Of a DNA stretch of 37,376 nt, positions 20,313 to 28,341 are shown piece by piece (the first letter of the stretch is position 1; every line of letters begins with the position of its first letter). The stretch lies in the UHGV virus genome UHGV-0029172; one strand, written 5' to 3'. Origin of the DNA: a virus. The position numbers and the translations under genes are program-made. Under the pieces are notes generated by a model. It searched no databases and was not told the origin of the DNA. It was given only the letters and a program-made list of their open reading frames with translations.

Positions 20313-21380
20313 TTACTCTCCGCTTTCCGGTGCTGCAGGCGCAGTGAAATCACCCAGGGTAATGTTTTCCAGCAGGCACCCGGCGGCATACGCCTCGACC
20401 ACATAGTCGATGTTCATCGACTCGTAGTTTTCCACGCGGTCTTTTTTCGGGTTCTCATCAATGCTGCGGCGGTGGCTCTCATCCATGAAGTAGATAGAGA
20501 GGTTTTCCAGCGTGGTCACGAATACTGCATTCGCCGGGAAGTACGGCACGCGCACGGCAGGCAGGTTACCGATTCGCTTCTGACTGATGATGATATCGGC
20601 CGCGAGCGACTCGCTGTTTTCTTGCGATTTATTCACCAGCGGGAAATATTTGTCGGCCAGCAACTTACGGCCAACGATGGCAACGAGTTTCGGGTCATCC
20701 TGATAAATCTCGTCAATCAGGGTGTTGGTACCGTCCATCACCAGCGCGTCGATATTCGCATAGTCGCCGTTTTTACCGACGCGAATCACCGCCGAAACGA
20801 CCTTACCGTCAGCGTCGGTGATATTACTCATCACGCGCGCCGGGGCTTCGTTGCGGTACTTCTGCAGCCAGCCGACGGCCACGTCCTGCAGCATCGGGTT
20901 TTTACTGCGGTCTGAGGTATCAGCGCGGGTGGTACCGTTGAACCCGGCCATGATGAAATCGAGCGCCTGACGCTGGACAATGGCGTCGCGAATGCGGCGC
21001 TGAAAGTCCTGAAAACGCGCCCACAGGTCAAGGCGCTTATAGGTCAGATGGAAATCAAAGTTAATCTGATTGCACTCGTATTTATTGGACTCAAGCGCGG
21101 TGAAATCAGCGGTCTGGCGCTCTTTATCGCCCGAGGTGTCGGTCGTGCTGGCGATGGTATCGGTCACGCCTACGCCGATTTTCTCACCCTTCATTTCTGC
21201 GACCGGCAGAATGTTAATCGTCTGCAAAAACGCGGATGACGCCTGCACGGTGTTCATCAGCGTTTGCGTGACGGACGGCTCGACAGAGAATTTTTTGTCG
21301 ACGTCATCAGCGCTGATGCCGTTCAGCTCGGCAACGCGGGTCAGATAGGCATTGAACTTAAAACGGGTTTCCTGACGCAT
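20313..21380 (-). CDS. N: major capsid protein N
   Basis: ORF 20313..21413; start moved to MRQETRFKFNAYL... matching P2 gpN (recalled). Confidence 0.9.
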   Translation of the reverse strand: MRQETRFKFNAYLTRVAELNGISADDVDKKFSVEPSVTQTLMNTVQASSAFLQTINILPVAEMKGEKIGVGVTDTIASTTDTSGDKERQTADFTALESNKYECNQINFDFHLTYKRLDLWARFQDFQRRIRDAIVQRQALDFIMAGFNGTTRADTSDRSKNPMLQDVAVGWLQKYRNEAPARVMSNITDADGKVVSAVIRVGKNGDYANIDALVMDGTNTLIDEIYQDDPKLVAIVGRKLLADKYFPLVNKSQENSESLAADIIISQKRIGNLPAVRVPYFPANAVFVTTLENLSIYFMDESHRRSIDENPKKDRVENYESMNIDYVVEAYAAGCLLENITLGDFTAPAAPESGE

Positions 21381-21455
21381 AGTATTTCCTGTTTGAATTA
21401 ATCGGTTAGTCACAGCACCGGGCGGGCTTGCCGCCCGGTTTCGGTCTGCGGTTTA

Positions 21456-22310
21456 TCAGCAGTCAGTCAGCAGCTCATCGCCACCACCGCCACTGGCTTT
21501 CGTGCGTCGCGGCTGGCTGAAACTTTCGGTTTTGTCGAGGGTGGTTTTCAGGGTGGAAAATGCCTGGCTGGTTTCTTCAACCTTGCCGGTCATCTCCTGT
21601 TTGAAGGTGGCAAGCGCGGTTTCCATTGCGGAAAGGCGCTCATCCTGTTTGGTCAGGTTGGTCTGCACATGCTCGCTGACGGTGGTCACCGCCTCATGCA
21701 CATCATTCAGGCGCGCATCGTCGCTGACCTGCTTACGGCTGAAAATGGCTTTCACCTTATCAGCCAGGCTGTTGAGCACCGTGTCGGGAACGTCTTCAAA
21801 CTCCAGTTCGGCCAGCGTGGCAGCGGAAAAGACGTTTTCAGGGTTGGCTTTAAAGCGCTGCAGCGGGTTGTGCTTCGCGTTGCGGCAGAATTCGAGGTAT
21901 TCCGTGCCGAGGCTCGCCGGGTCATCGGTGACCGCAAGGCCGACGAGGTAGCATTTACCTGTATTGGCAAAATTCGGCTGAATTTCCATTGAGGTGTAGA
22001 CCTTCTGCAATTTTTTATTCATCGCAATCAGGTCATCGGTCGGGGTGATTCTGGCGAACAACGCCCATTTGCCGTTAATCGCAGAATCGTCGTCAATCTT
22101 TTCGGCTTTCAGCTCAACCACATCGCCTAAGCGTTTAAAGTCGCCATCGGGGAAGAGGCCGCGAATATGCTCAAGGTTAATGCGGCAACCGTAGACGCGA
22201 GGGTCAAACGATTCGGCCATTTCCTGAATATCGTTACCGCTGATAATGCGGCCGTCGCAGGTGTCACCCTCGACGCCGATGCGAAAGAATTTTGAGACTT
22301 TTTTTGTCAT
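21456..22310 (-). CDS. O: capsid scaffolding protein O
   Basis: 284-aa ORF MTKKVSKFFRIGVEGDTCDGR... matches P2 gpO (recalled). Confidence 0.9.
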   Translation of the reverse strand: MTKKVSKFFRIGVEGDTCDGRIISGNDIQEMAESFDPRVYGCRINLEHIRGLFPDGDFKRLGDVVELKAEKIDDDSAINGKWALFARITPTDDLIAMNKKLQKVYTSMEIQPNFANTGKCYLVGLAVTDDPASLGTEYLEFCRNAKHNPLQRFKANPENVFSAATLAELEFEDVPDTVLNSLADKVKAIFSRKQVSDDARLNDVHEAVTTVSEHVQTNLTKQDERLSAMETALATFKQEMTGKVEETSQAFSTLKTTLDKTESFSQPRRTKASGGGGDELLTDC

Positions 22311-22475
22311 TGTCAGGAGTCCTGAGGTTGGGGTTACTGGTCACCGCCAGTTTCCAGACTCAGGACACACCAGACCACCAATGACGACTGGACAACCGCC
22401 CACACAACAGCACATTAGCGAATCACTGACGGCCATTAAGTAGCCTTGCCCTGAATCCACTACGGCGAGGCATCA
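22311..22475. promoter_or_regulatory. divergent late-promoter region between O and P operons
   Basis: 165-bp non-coding gap between divergent late genes, as in P2 (Ogr/B-dependent promoters); individual elements not resolved by eye. Confidence 0.4.
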
Positions 22476-24245
22476 ATGACCATTTCCACCGATACCACCT
22501 TGTTGCATGACCCGCGACGGCAGGCATCACTGCTTTACTGGCAGGGCTTTTCCGTGCCACAGATTGCCGAAATGCTGCAGGTCAAGCGCCCGACCGTGCA
22601 GAGCTGGAAGCAGCGCGACGGCTGGGACGGCATCGCGCCGATTTCCCGCGTCGAAAGCAGCCTTGAGGCGCGTCTGATTCAGCTCATCGCCAAGCCGCAA
22701 AAATCAGGCGGCGACTTCAAAGAAATTGACCTGCTCGGGCGGCAGATTGAGCGGCTGGCGCGCGTTAACCGCTACAGCCAGACCGGCAACGAGGTCGACC
22801 TAAACCCCAATGTCGCCAACCGCAATAAAGGTGAGCGCAAGAAGCCGAAAAAGAATTTTTTCAGTGACGAGGCTATCGATAAACTGGAGGAACTATTTTT
22901 CGACCAGTCTTTCGAGTACCAGTTGCAGTGGTACCGCGCAGGGCTGGCGCACCGTATTCGCGACATCCTCAAATCCCGCCAGATTGGCGCGACGTTCTAT
23001 TTCTCCCGCGAGGCGCTGCTGCGCGCGCTCAAGACCGGCCATAACCAAATCTTTCTGTCGGCCAGTAAAACGCAGGCTTACGTGTTCCGCGAGTACATAA
23101 TCCAGTTTGCGCGGCTGGTCGACGTCGACCTGACCGGCGACCCGATTGTCATCGGCAACAACGGCGCAAAGCTGATTTTTCTCGGTACCAATTCCAACAC
23201 CGCGCAGAGCCATAACGGCGACCTGTATGTCGATGAAATATTCTGGATCCCGAATTTTCAGAAGCTGCGCAAAGTCGCGTCGGGCATGGCCTCGCAGAAG
23301 CACCTGCGCTCGACCTACTTTTCGACACCTTCCACGCTGGCGCACGGCGCTTACCCCTTCTGGTCTGGCGAACTGTTCAACAAGGGGCGCAGCCGTATTG
23401 CCGACCGCATCGAAATCGACATCAGTCACAGCGCGCTCGCCGGTGGCCAGCTCTGCGACGATGGCCAGTGGCGGCAGATTGTCACTATTGAGGATGCGCT
23501 TGCCGGTGGCTGCACCCTGTTCGACCTCGACCAACTCAAACGCGAAAACAGTGATGATGATTTTAAGAACCTGTTTCTTTGCGAGTTTGTCGACGATAAA
23601 GCGTCGGTATTCCCGTTCGAGGAGCTGCAGCGCTGCATGGTCGATGTGATGGAAGAATGGGAGGACTTTGCTCCGTTCGCCGACCATCCTTTCGGCTCGC
23701 GCCCGGTCTGGATTGGATACGACCCGTCACACACCGGCGACAGCGCCGGGTGCGTCGTGCTTGCACCGCCGGTCGTCTCGGGTGGCAAGTTCCGCATGCT
23801 GGAGCGCCAGCAGTGGAAAGGCATGGACTTTGCCGCTCAGGCCGAGGGCATCCGCAAGCTGACCGAGAAATACAACGTCGAATATATCGGCATTGACGCA
23901 ACCGGCCTCGGTCTCGGCGTCTTCCAGTTGGTGCGCTCATTCTACCCGGCGGCACGCGGCATTCGTTACACGCCTGAAATGAAAACCGCGATGGTACTCA
24001 AGGCAAAAGATACCATTCGCCGCGGTTGTCTGGAGTACGACGCCGGGGCGACCGACGTCACACAGTCGTTTATGTCCATCCGCAAAACCATGACCAGCAG
24101 CGGGCGCAGCGCCACCTACGAGGCCAGCCGCACCGAGGAAGCCAGTCACGCCGATATCGCATGGGCGACCATGCACGCCCTGTTAAACGAACCGCTTTCC
24201 GCCGGTAGCGGCATGCAGCCTAAATCTATTCTGGAGTTCAACTAA
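22476..24245 (+). CDS. P: terminase large (ATPase) subunit P
   Basis: 589-aa ORF; N-terminus MTISTDTTLLHDPRRQASLLYWQGFSVPQIAEM like P2 gpP (recalled); Walker-A-like KSRQIGAT. Confidence 0.9.
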   Translation: MTISTDTTLLHDPRRQASLLYWQGFSVPQIAEMLQVKRPTVQSWKQRDGWDGIAPISRVESSLEARLIQLIAKPQKSGGDFKEIDLLGRQIERLARVNRYSQTGNEVDLNPNVANRNKGERKKPKKNFFSDEAIDKLEELFFDQSFEYQLQWYRAGLAHRIRDILKSRQIGATFYFSREALLRALKTGHNQIFLSASKTQAYVFREYIIQFARLVDVDLTGDPIVIGNNGAKLIFLGTNSNTAQSHNGDLYVDEIFWIPNFQKLRKVASGMASQKHLRSTYFSTPSTLAHGAYPFWSGELFNKGRSRIADRIEIDISHSALAGGQLCDDGQWRQIVTIEDALAGGCTLFDLDQLKRENSDDDFKNLFLCEFVDDKASVFPFEELQRCMVDVMEEWEDFAPFADHPFGSRPVWIGYDPSHTGDSAGCVVLAPPVVSGGKFRMLERQQWKGMDFAAQAEGIRKLTEKYNVEYIGIDATGLGLGVFQLVRSFYPAARGIRYTPEMKTAMVLKAKDTIRRGCLEYDAGATDVTQSFMSIRKTMTSSGRSATYEASRTEEASHADIAWATMHALLNEPLSAGSGMQPKSILEFN

Positions 24246-24246
24246 A

Positions 24247-25293
24247 ATGGGTAAGCAAAAATCCCGTAAAGCCGCTGCGCAGAAGGCCAGCAAGCCACAA
24301 CACCTGACCGCCAGCGCACCGCCAAAAACGACAGCGTTCACCTTCGGCGAGCCGGTGCCGGTGCTGGATAAACGCGACATTCTGGATTACGTCGAGTGCA
24401 TCAGCAACGGCAAATGGTACGAGCCGCCGGTCAGCTTCTCCGGGCTGGCAAAGAGCCTGCGCTCTGCTGTACATCACAGTTCACCGATTTACGTTAAGCG
24501 CAACGTGCTCGCGAGCACCTACATTCCGCACCCGTTGTTGTCCCGTCAGGATTTCAGCCGCTTTGCACTCGACTATCTGGTATTCGGCAACGCCTTTCTT
24601 GAGCAGCGCCACAGCGTCACCGGCCAGTTAATCAAACTACTTGCCTCACCGGCTAAATACACCCGACGTGGGGTCGACGATTCGATTTTCTGGTTTGTGG
24701 AAAACTTCACTCTACCGCACGAGTTCGCGCCTGATACCGTGTTTCACCTGCTGGAGCCCGATATCAATCAGGAGATTTACGGCCTGCCCGAATATCTCAG
24801 CGCACTTAACTCCGCCTGGCTAAATGAAGCCGCGACGCTGTTCCGACGCAAGTATTACCAGAACGGCGCACACGCAGGTTACATCATGTATGTGACCGAC
24901 CCGGCGCAGAGTGCGACCGACGTCGAATCGCTGCGCGAGGCGATGCGCAACTCGAAAGGGCTCGGCAACTTTAAGAACCTGTTTTTCTATGCCCCCGGCG
25001 GAAAACCGGACGGCATCAAAATCGTGCCACTGAGCGAGGTCGCCACAAAGGATGACTTTTTCAACATCAAGAAAGCCAGCGCTGCCGACCTGATGGACGC
25101 GCACCGCGTTCCGTTCCAGCTCATGGGCGGCAAGCCCGAGAATATCGGCTCACTCGGTGACGTTGAGAAGGTGGCAAGGGTCTTTGTGCGTAACGAGCTG
25201 TCGCCCCTGCAGGACAGGTTCAGGGAGGTAAACGACTGGCTCGGCATGGAGGTCATCAGATTCAAAGAGTACAGCCTTGATAATCCTGAGTAA
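24247..25293 (+). CDS. Q: portal vertex protein Q
   Basis: 348-aa ORF downstream of P, reading toward cos as in P2. Confidence 0.85.
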   Translation: MGKQKSRKAAAQKASKPQHLTASAPPKTTAFTFGEPVPVLDKRDILDYVECISNGKWYEPPVSFSGLAKSLRSAVHHSSPIYVKRNVLASTYIPHPLLSRQDFSRFALDYLVFGNAFLEQRHSVTGQLIKLLASPAKYTRRGVDDSIFWFVENFTLPHEFAPDTVFHLLEPDINQEIYGLPEYLSALNSAWLNEAATLFRRKYYQNGAHAGYIMYVTDPAQSATDVESLREAMRNSKGLGNFKNLFFYAPGGKPDGIKIVPLSEVATKDDFFNIKKASAADLMDAHRVPFQLMGGKPENIGSLGDVEKVARVFVRNELSPLQDRFREVNDWLGMEVIRFKEYSLDNPE

Positions 25294-25299
25294 TCCAAT

Positions 25300-25322
25300 A
25301 AAGCCGCCATTTTGGCGGCTTT
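25300..25322. terminator. bidirectional intrinsic terminator between convergent Q and the 74-aa gene
   Basis: aaagccgcca-ttt-tggcggcttt, 10-bp stem flanked by A/T runs, sits between stops at 25291-25293 and 25330-25332. Confidence 0.6.
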
Positions 25323-25329
25323 ATTGCCA

Positions 25330-25554
25330 TCAGCCTTTAGATTTTTTGGGGTCATCTTTTCGCTGGTAAGTACGCTCTTCCTGAATCTTTCCGTCCTCAG
25401 TATGAATTTTTACTGAGCCAGTCTTAGTAGACATGTAATCCTGCATCTCTTTGATGACTTCAGCCTTAGTCGCTGCTGTCTTGCTTGGCCGTTCATTTCC
25501 TACCTTTTGAAACTTCCACTTATCACCATCTTTTGTAATGTGGTAGTTATCCAT
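25330..25554 (-). CDS. small basic hydrophilic protein of unknown function (possibly DUF2188-like)
   Basis: 74-aa ORF with strong GGAGG RBS 7 nt upstream of ATG; lies between cos and Q, a position with no gene in P2 (recalled); lower G+C than neighbours by eye. Confidence 0.6.
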   Translation of the reverse strand: MDNYHITKDGDKWKFQKVGNERPSKTAATKAEVIKEMQDYMSTKTGSVKIHTEDGKIQEERTYQRKDDPKKSKG

Positions 25555-25780
25555 TAAAGCCTCCAGCTGTTGGTGGGGAACATGACATACCGATGAAGAT
25601 AATAACGAAAGCGCAGCCGTAGAATTGTGCGACTGATCTCACCCTAACGCATCGCTCCATAGACAAGCCATAGCCTCACGATCGCGCCAGACCACCAACG
25701 AGCCAGTAACTATCTCTTTAGCTCCACCACGACGCACTTAGACGGTATTTTTCAATAATCAGCACCAACGCTGGCGCGCA

Positions 25781-25799
25781 ATGCTTTCCCCGCCACGCC
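25781..25799. other. cos site (cohesive end), reverse complement GGCGTGGCGGGGAAAGCAT
   Basis: 19-mer atgctttccccgccacgcc read directly; matches recalled P2/186 cos cohesive-end sequence; located between Q and the A-side variable region as expected. Confidence 0.7.
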
Positions 25800-25971
25800 T
25801 GCCCGCTTTATGGGTCGAAATTAATGCAGTTGCATGACCACCAGGGATCCGCGCCAGCTCTGGTGGCACACTGCCAGAACGAGCAACCATGACGCATGCA
25901 AAACCATGCATCTGTTGCATGCATCGTTAATGAGTCGAGTTATAAGAATTAAATGTTAGAGAAATTTAAAC

Positions 25972-26850
25972 CTAATTATCTATCTCCGAACGAAGCAAAC
26001 TTACGTGTTTAGTATCGACAGGTAACGGCTTCGGAGCATGGTTTAATCCTTGATAAGATACATACGCGCTTGCTATTGATGCGACTGCGCTTGCCACCGC
26101 GACGATTACAGAAAGGATAGTAGCTATGCGCATTGTTCTCTGACCGGATTTGTCATCACTATAGCGCTGTTCATCTTTGTTAAAATGGCTAAGGGTATTC
26201 ATCGCTTTCCCTACAGGTTTGTATCCAGCTTGTGATTCCGAAATATCACCATTTTCCACAAGTGAATCTAGACAAAGACGTAATTCTTTTTTCATTCTTT
26301 CATTATCATCATGGTGAATCCATAGCTTACCAGCCACATCATCCATAATTAAATATTGACTAAAAGGTGCCTCACCTTCTTGCTCGCGATAAATTCTAAC
26401 TATAGAGGCTAAGACCGCCATTGTATCTGTGATTTCTTTTTTCTGTTGACGATACAAATAACTTTCACGACTAAACTTATTATTTTGATAATCTGAATCT
26501 CGCCTAAATCTAAACTCTCGCAGCCACGTCAAATCATTGAGAGACTGAAACTTTAGCTCATGTGCGTGGTAATAATAAATACCTGAGAAAGATTCAGGAA
26601 CTAGTTCATCAGGAACAAGCTCTGAATCTATATTAAATCGACTTTCCTCAGAATCCCATCTCCTTGCGCGAATCACCCCATTAACAAATCTATCAAAAAG
26701 ATACTCACCACCATCACCAGCCTTGATATAAACAGAATACATATCATAATGGATTGCATTTTCATACATTAAACTAATGCGTCCGTTATCTGGAGTTCTT
26801 TTCTTTTCGAACTTTTTTAAATGCTTAATAATACTATTGCCTGCTAACAT
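25972..26850 (-). CDS. tail-anchored membrane protein of unknown function (C-terminal TM helix), cargo gene 2 of variable-region module
   Basis: ORF 25972..26952 (GTG start, no RBS); start placed at ATG 26848-26850 with AGGTGG RBS; C-terminal hydrophobic MRIATILSVIVAVASAVASIASAYVSY; AT-rich by eye. Confidence 0.6.
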   Translation of the reverse strand: MLAGNSIIKHLKKFEKKRTPDNGRISLMYENAIHYDMYSVYIKAGDGGEYLFDRFVNGVIRARRWDSEESRFNIDSELVPDELVPESFSGIYYYHAHELKFQSLNDLTWLREFRFRRDSDYQNNKFSRESYLYRQQKKEITDTMAVLASIVRIYREQEGEAPFSQYLIMDDVAGKLWIHHDDNERMKKELRLCLDSLVENGDISESQAGYKPVGKAMNTLSHFNKDEQRYSDDKSGQRTMRIATILSVIVAVASAVASIASAYVSYQGLNHAPKPLPVDTKHVSLLRSEIDN

Positions 26851-26969
26851 TAGAACCACCTGAATGTATTTAGCATTAAATAAAATCTTGCCTTTACTAG
26901 CGCCTCGCATTGCTCGTTGTTCAACCCTGCCAGCACTGAAAACAAGTTTCACCGCTGGCAGCGTTTATA

Positions 26970-27701
26970 TTAATTATCGAGTATTGAAACGACCTCACCC
27001 GTTCGCACATCTACACGCGCCGCTACGGTCTGTTTGACCACCGCACCATAAGCATTTGTGCCGCGAAACGTAGTTTTTACAATGGCATGTGGGTCTTTAT
27101 TCAAAATCAGATGATAGACCGTTGAGACGTGCTTATAAGAGGAATCATCATTCATGCTGGCTTTTATCTGCTTTTCTAACGGGCGATAAGAACCATCCCA
27201 ACCGCTAAAATTATCCTTAAATGCATCGAGATTGATTTTATCATTCAGCGATTTTGGATCCTTCTCGAAGTCGTTGAAACACCAACCCAACACATCACCG
27301 AGCTTTAACGCATCATCTTTAGTAAAAGTGTACTCACTCATACAGGCATAAAAAGCGTCAGCAGAGCTGGCCGGTACACTTTTGAAATCAACATAATCTT
27401 TAACGATATCGTGCCGGGTTTCTTTCGGCTCATTGCGATATTCTTTAAGAGTTTTATCAGCATACTCAAACGTTGGTGTAACCGGTGCCGCTTCAACCGC
27501 CGGTATGTCAGTTTTTGCTACAGGCTGACTTTTTTCAGTCGGCCATAAGATTGACCCAAGGACGCTCAGCGCCAGACAACCGCCGAAATAAACTGCACTG
27601 GAGCGTTTACGATTCGGCATCCGAACCAGCGACGGCTTGATGAGACCAACGATAAAAGCAATAAAGAGCGCCAGAGATAAAAATGCAATTACGGTATCCA
27701 T
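26970..27701 (-). CDS. membrane protein of unknown function (two N-terminal TM helices, about 190-aa C-terminal domain), cargo gene 1
   Basis: 243-aa ORF, ATG at 27699-27701 with AAGGA RBS; TM1 VIAFLSLALFIAFIVGLI, basic loop, TM2 VYFGGCLALSVLGSILW; AT-rich by eye. Confidence 0.65.
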   Translation of the reverse strand: MDTVIAFLSLALFIAFIVGLIKPSLVRMPNRKRSSAVYFGGCLALSVLGSILWPTEKSQPVAKTDIPAVEAAPVTPTFEYADKTLKEYRNEPKETRHDIVKDYVDFKSVPASSADAFYACMSEYTFTKDDALKLGDVLGWCFNDFEKDPKSLNDKINLDAFKDNFSGWDGSYRPLEKQIKASMNDDSSYKHVSTVYHLILNKDPHAIVKTTFRGTNAYGAVVKQTVAARVDVRTGEVVSILDN

Positions 27702-27783
27702 GATTTTCCTTTGTGTGTAATCCCCATAAAAAACAACCCCATGCTATCAAACATGAGGTCAAGGTTTGTACATTTTTCAGGAA

Positions 27784-28197
27784 CTAACGCCAGCTCTCAT
27801 CTTCCCATACTTCCTGAAGGATACTATCAAGCGCTTCGCGGTCTGAATCCTTATCGAACCCCATCAGCTCGACGCCGGTCATGGACCCCTTTTTAACAGT
27901 AACCCGCGTTGACGGGAAAACAGACTGTATTCTCCTAGTCAATTCGCATTGAAAAGCTTCAATTACCGGCTGGCCTATTTTTTGGTCTTTATCTAACGTG
28001 ATATTTACTTTCACATTGCCAACCTTTGCAAAAGTTTCATCTACAGGCGGCGCGGAAAAAACAACAGAAAAATTATTGTTTTTCATCAGGTTGCCCTGTG
28101 CTATCTCCGCTATAAGATTCAATGCGATTTCACGGTCTCTTTCCTGGCAAGCACCTTCAGCCGTAAGGCGCGCAATCATTTCGACCCGTTCAATCAT
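27784..28197 (-). CDS. tum: Tum-like SOS-inducible antirepressor with DinI-like C-terminal domain
   Basis: C-terminal ...ELTRRIQSVFPSTRVTVKKGSMTGVELMGF...ILQEVWEDESW resembles DinI (recalled); start set to first ATG downstream of the LexA box (ORF track start is GTG at 28266, which would contain the operator); start uncertain. Confidence 0.65.
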   Translation of the reverse strand: MIERVEMIARLTAEGACQERDREIALNLIAEIAQGNLMKNNNFSVVFSAPPVDETFAKVGNVKVNITLDKDQKIGQPVIEAFQCELTRRIQSVFPSTRVTVKKGSMTGVELMGFDKDSDREALDSILQEVWEDESWR

Positions 28198-28244
28198 AAC
28201 GTGCTCGTTTAGTTCTCTATCCACACAACCCCCACTACGAGATA

Positions 28245-28260
28245 CTGTATAAATACACAG
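28245..28260. promoter_or_regulatory. LexA (SOS) box CTGTATAAATACACAG
   Basis: Perfect CTGT-N8-ACAG palindrome read directly, about 50 bp upstream of the tum-like ATG. Confidence 0.75.
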
Positions 28261-28341
28261 TATCACGTATCGGTAAAAGGTGTGAAGAAAAAATCACGGT
28301 TAAATACACTGTATGTACATGATAAGGATGAATATTAACGA

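Noticed and set aside
22772-24477. Multiple minus-strand ORFs (22893..23687, 23426..23824, 23563..23955, 24238..24477) within P and Q
   Set aside because: Antisense to the terminase and portal genes with clear homology; high-GC shadow ORFs.
26851-26952. Extension of the tail-anchored protein ORF to 26910 (ATG) or 26952 (GTG)
   Set aside because: No RBS in front of either codon, whereas ATG 26850 has AGGTGG at ideal spacing; kept as alternative only.
27784-28197. Calling the DinI-like gene a host dinI gene
   Set aside because: It lies inside the prophage at the 186 tum position and has an N-terminal extension; Tum-like antirepressor is the better call.
28198-28266. N-terminal extension of the tum-like ORF to the GTG at 28266
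   Set aside because: The extension would place the LexA operator and promoter inside the coding sequence; the ORF track accepts GTG starts. Start moved downstream.
28309-28324. Possible second LexA box CTGTATGTACATGATA
   Set aside because: Only the CTGT half matches; the distal half is GATA rather than ACAG. Not called.
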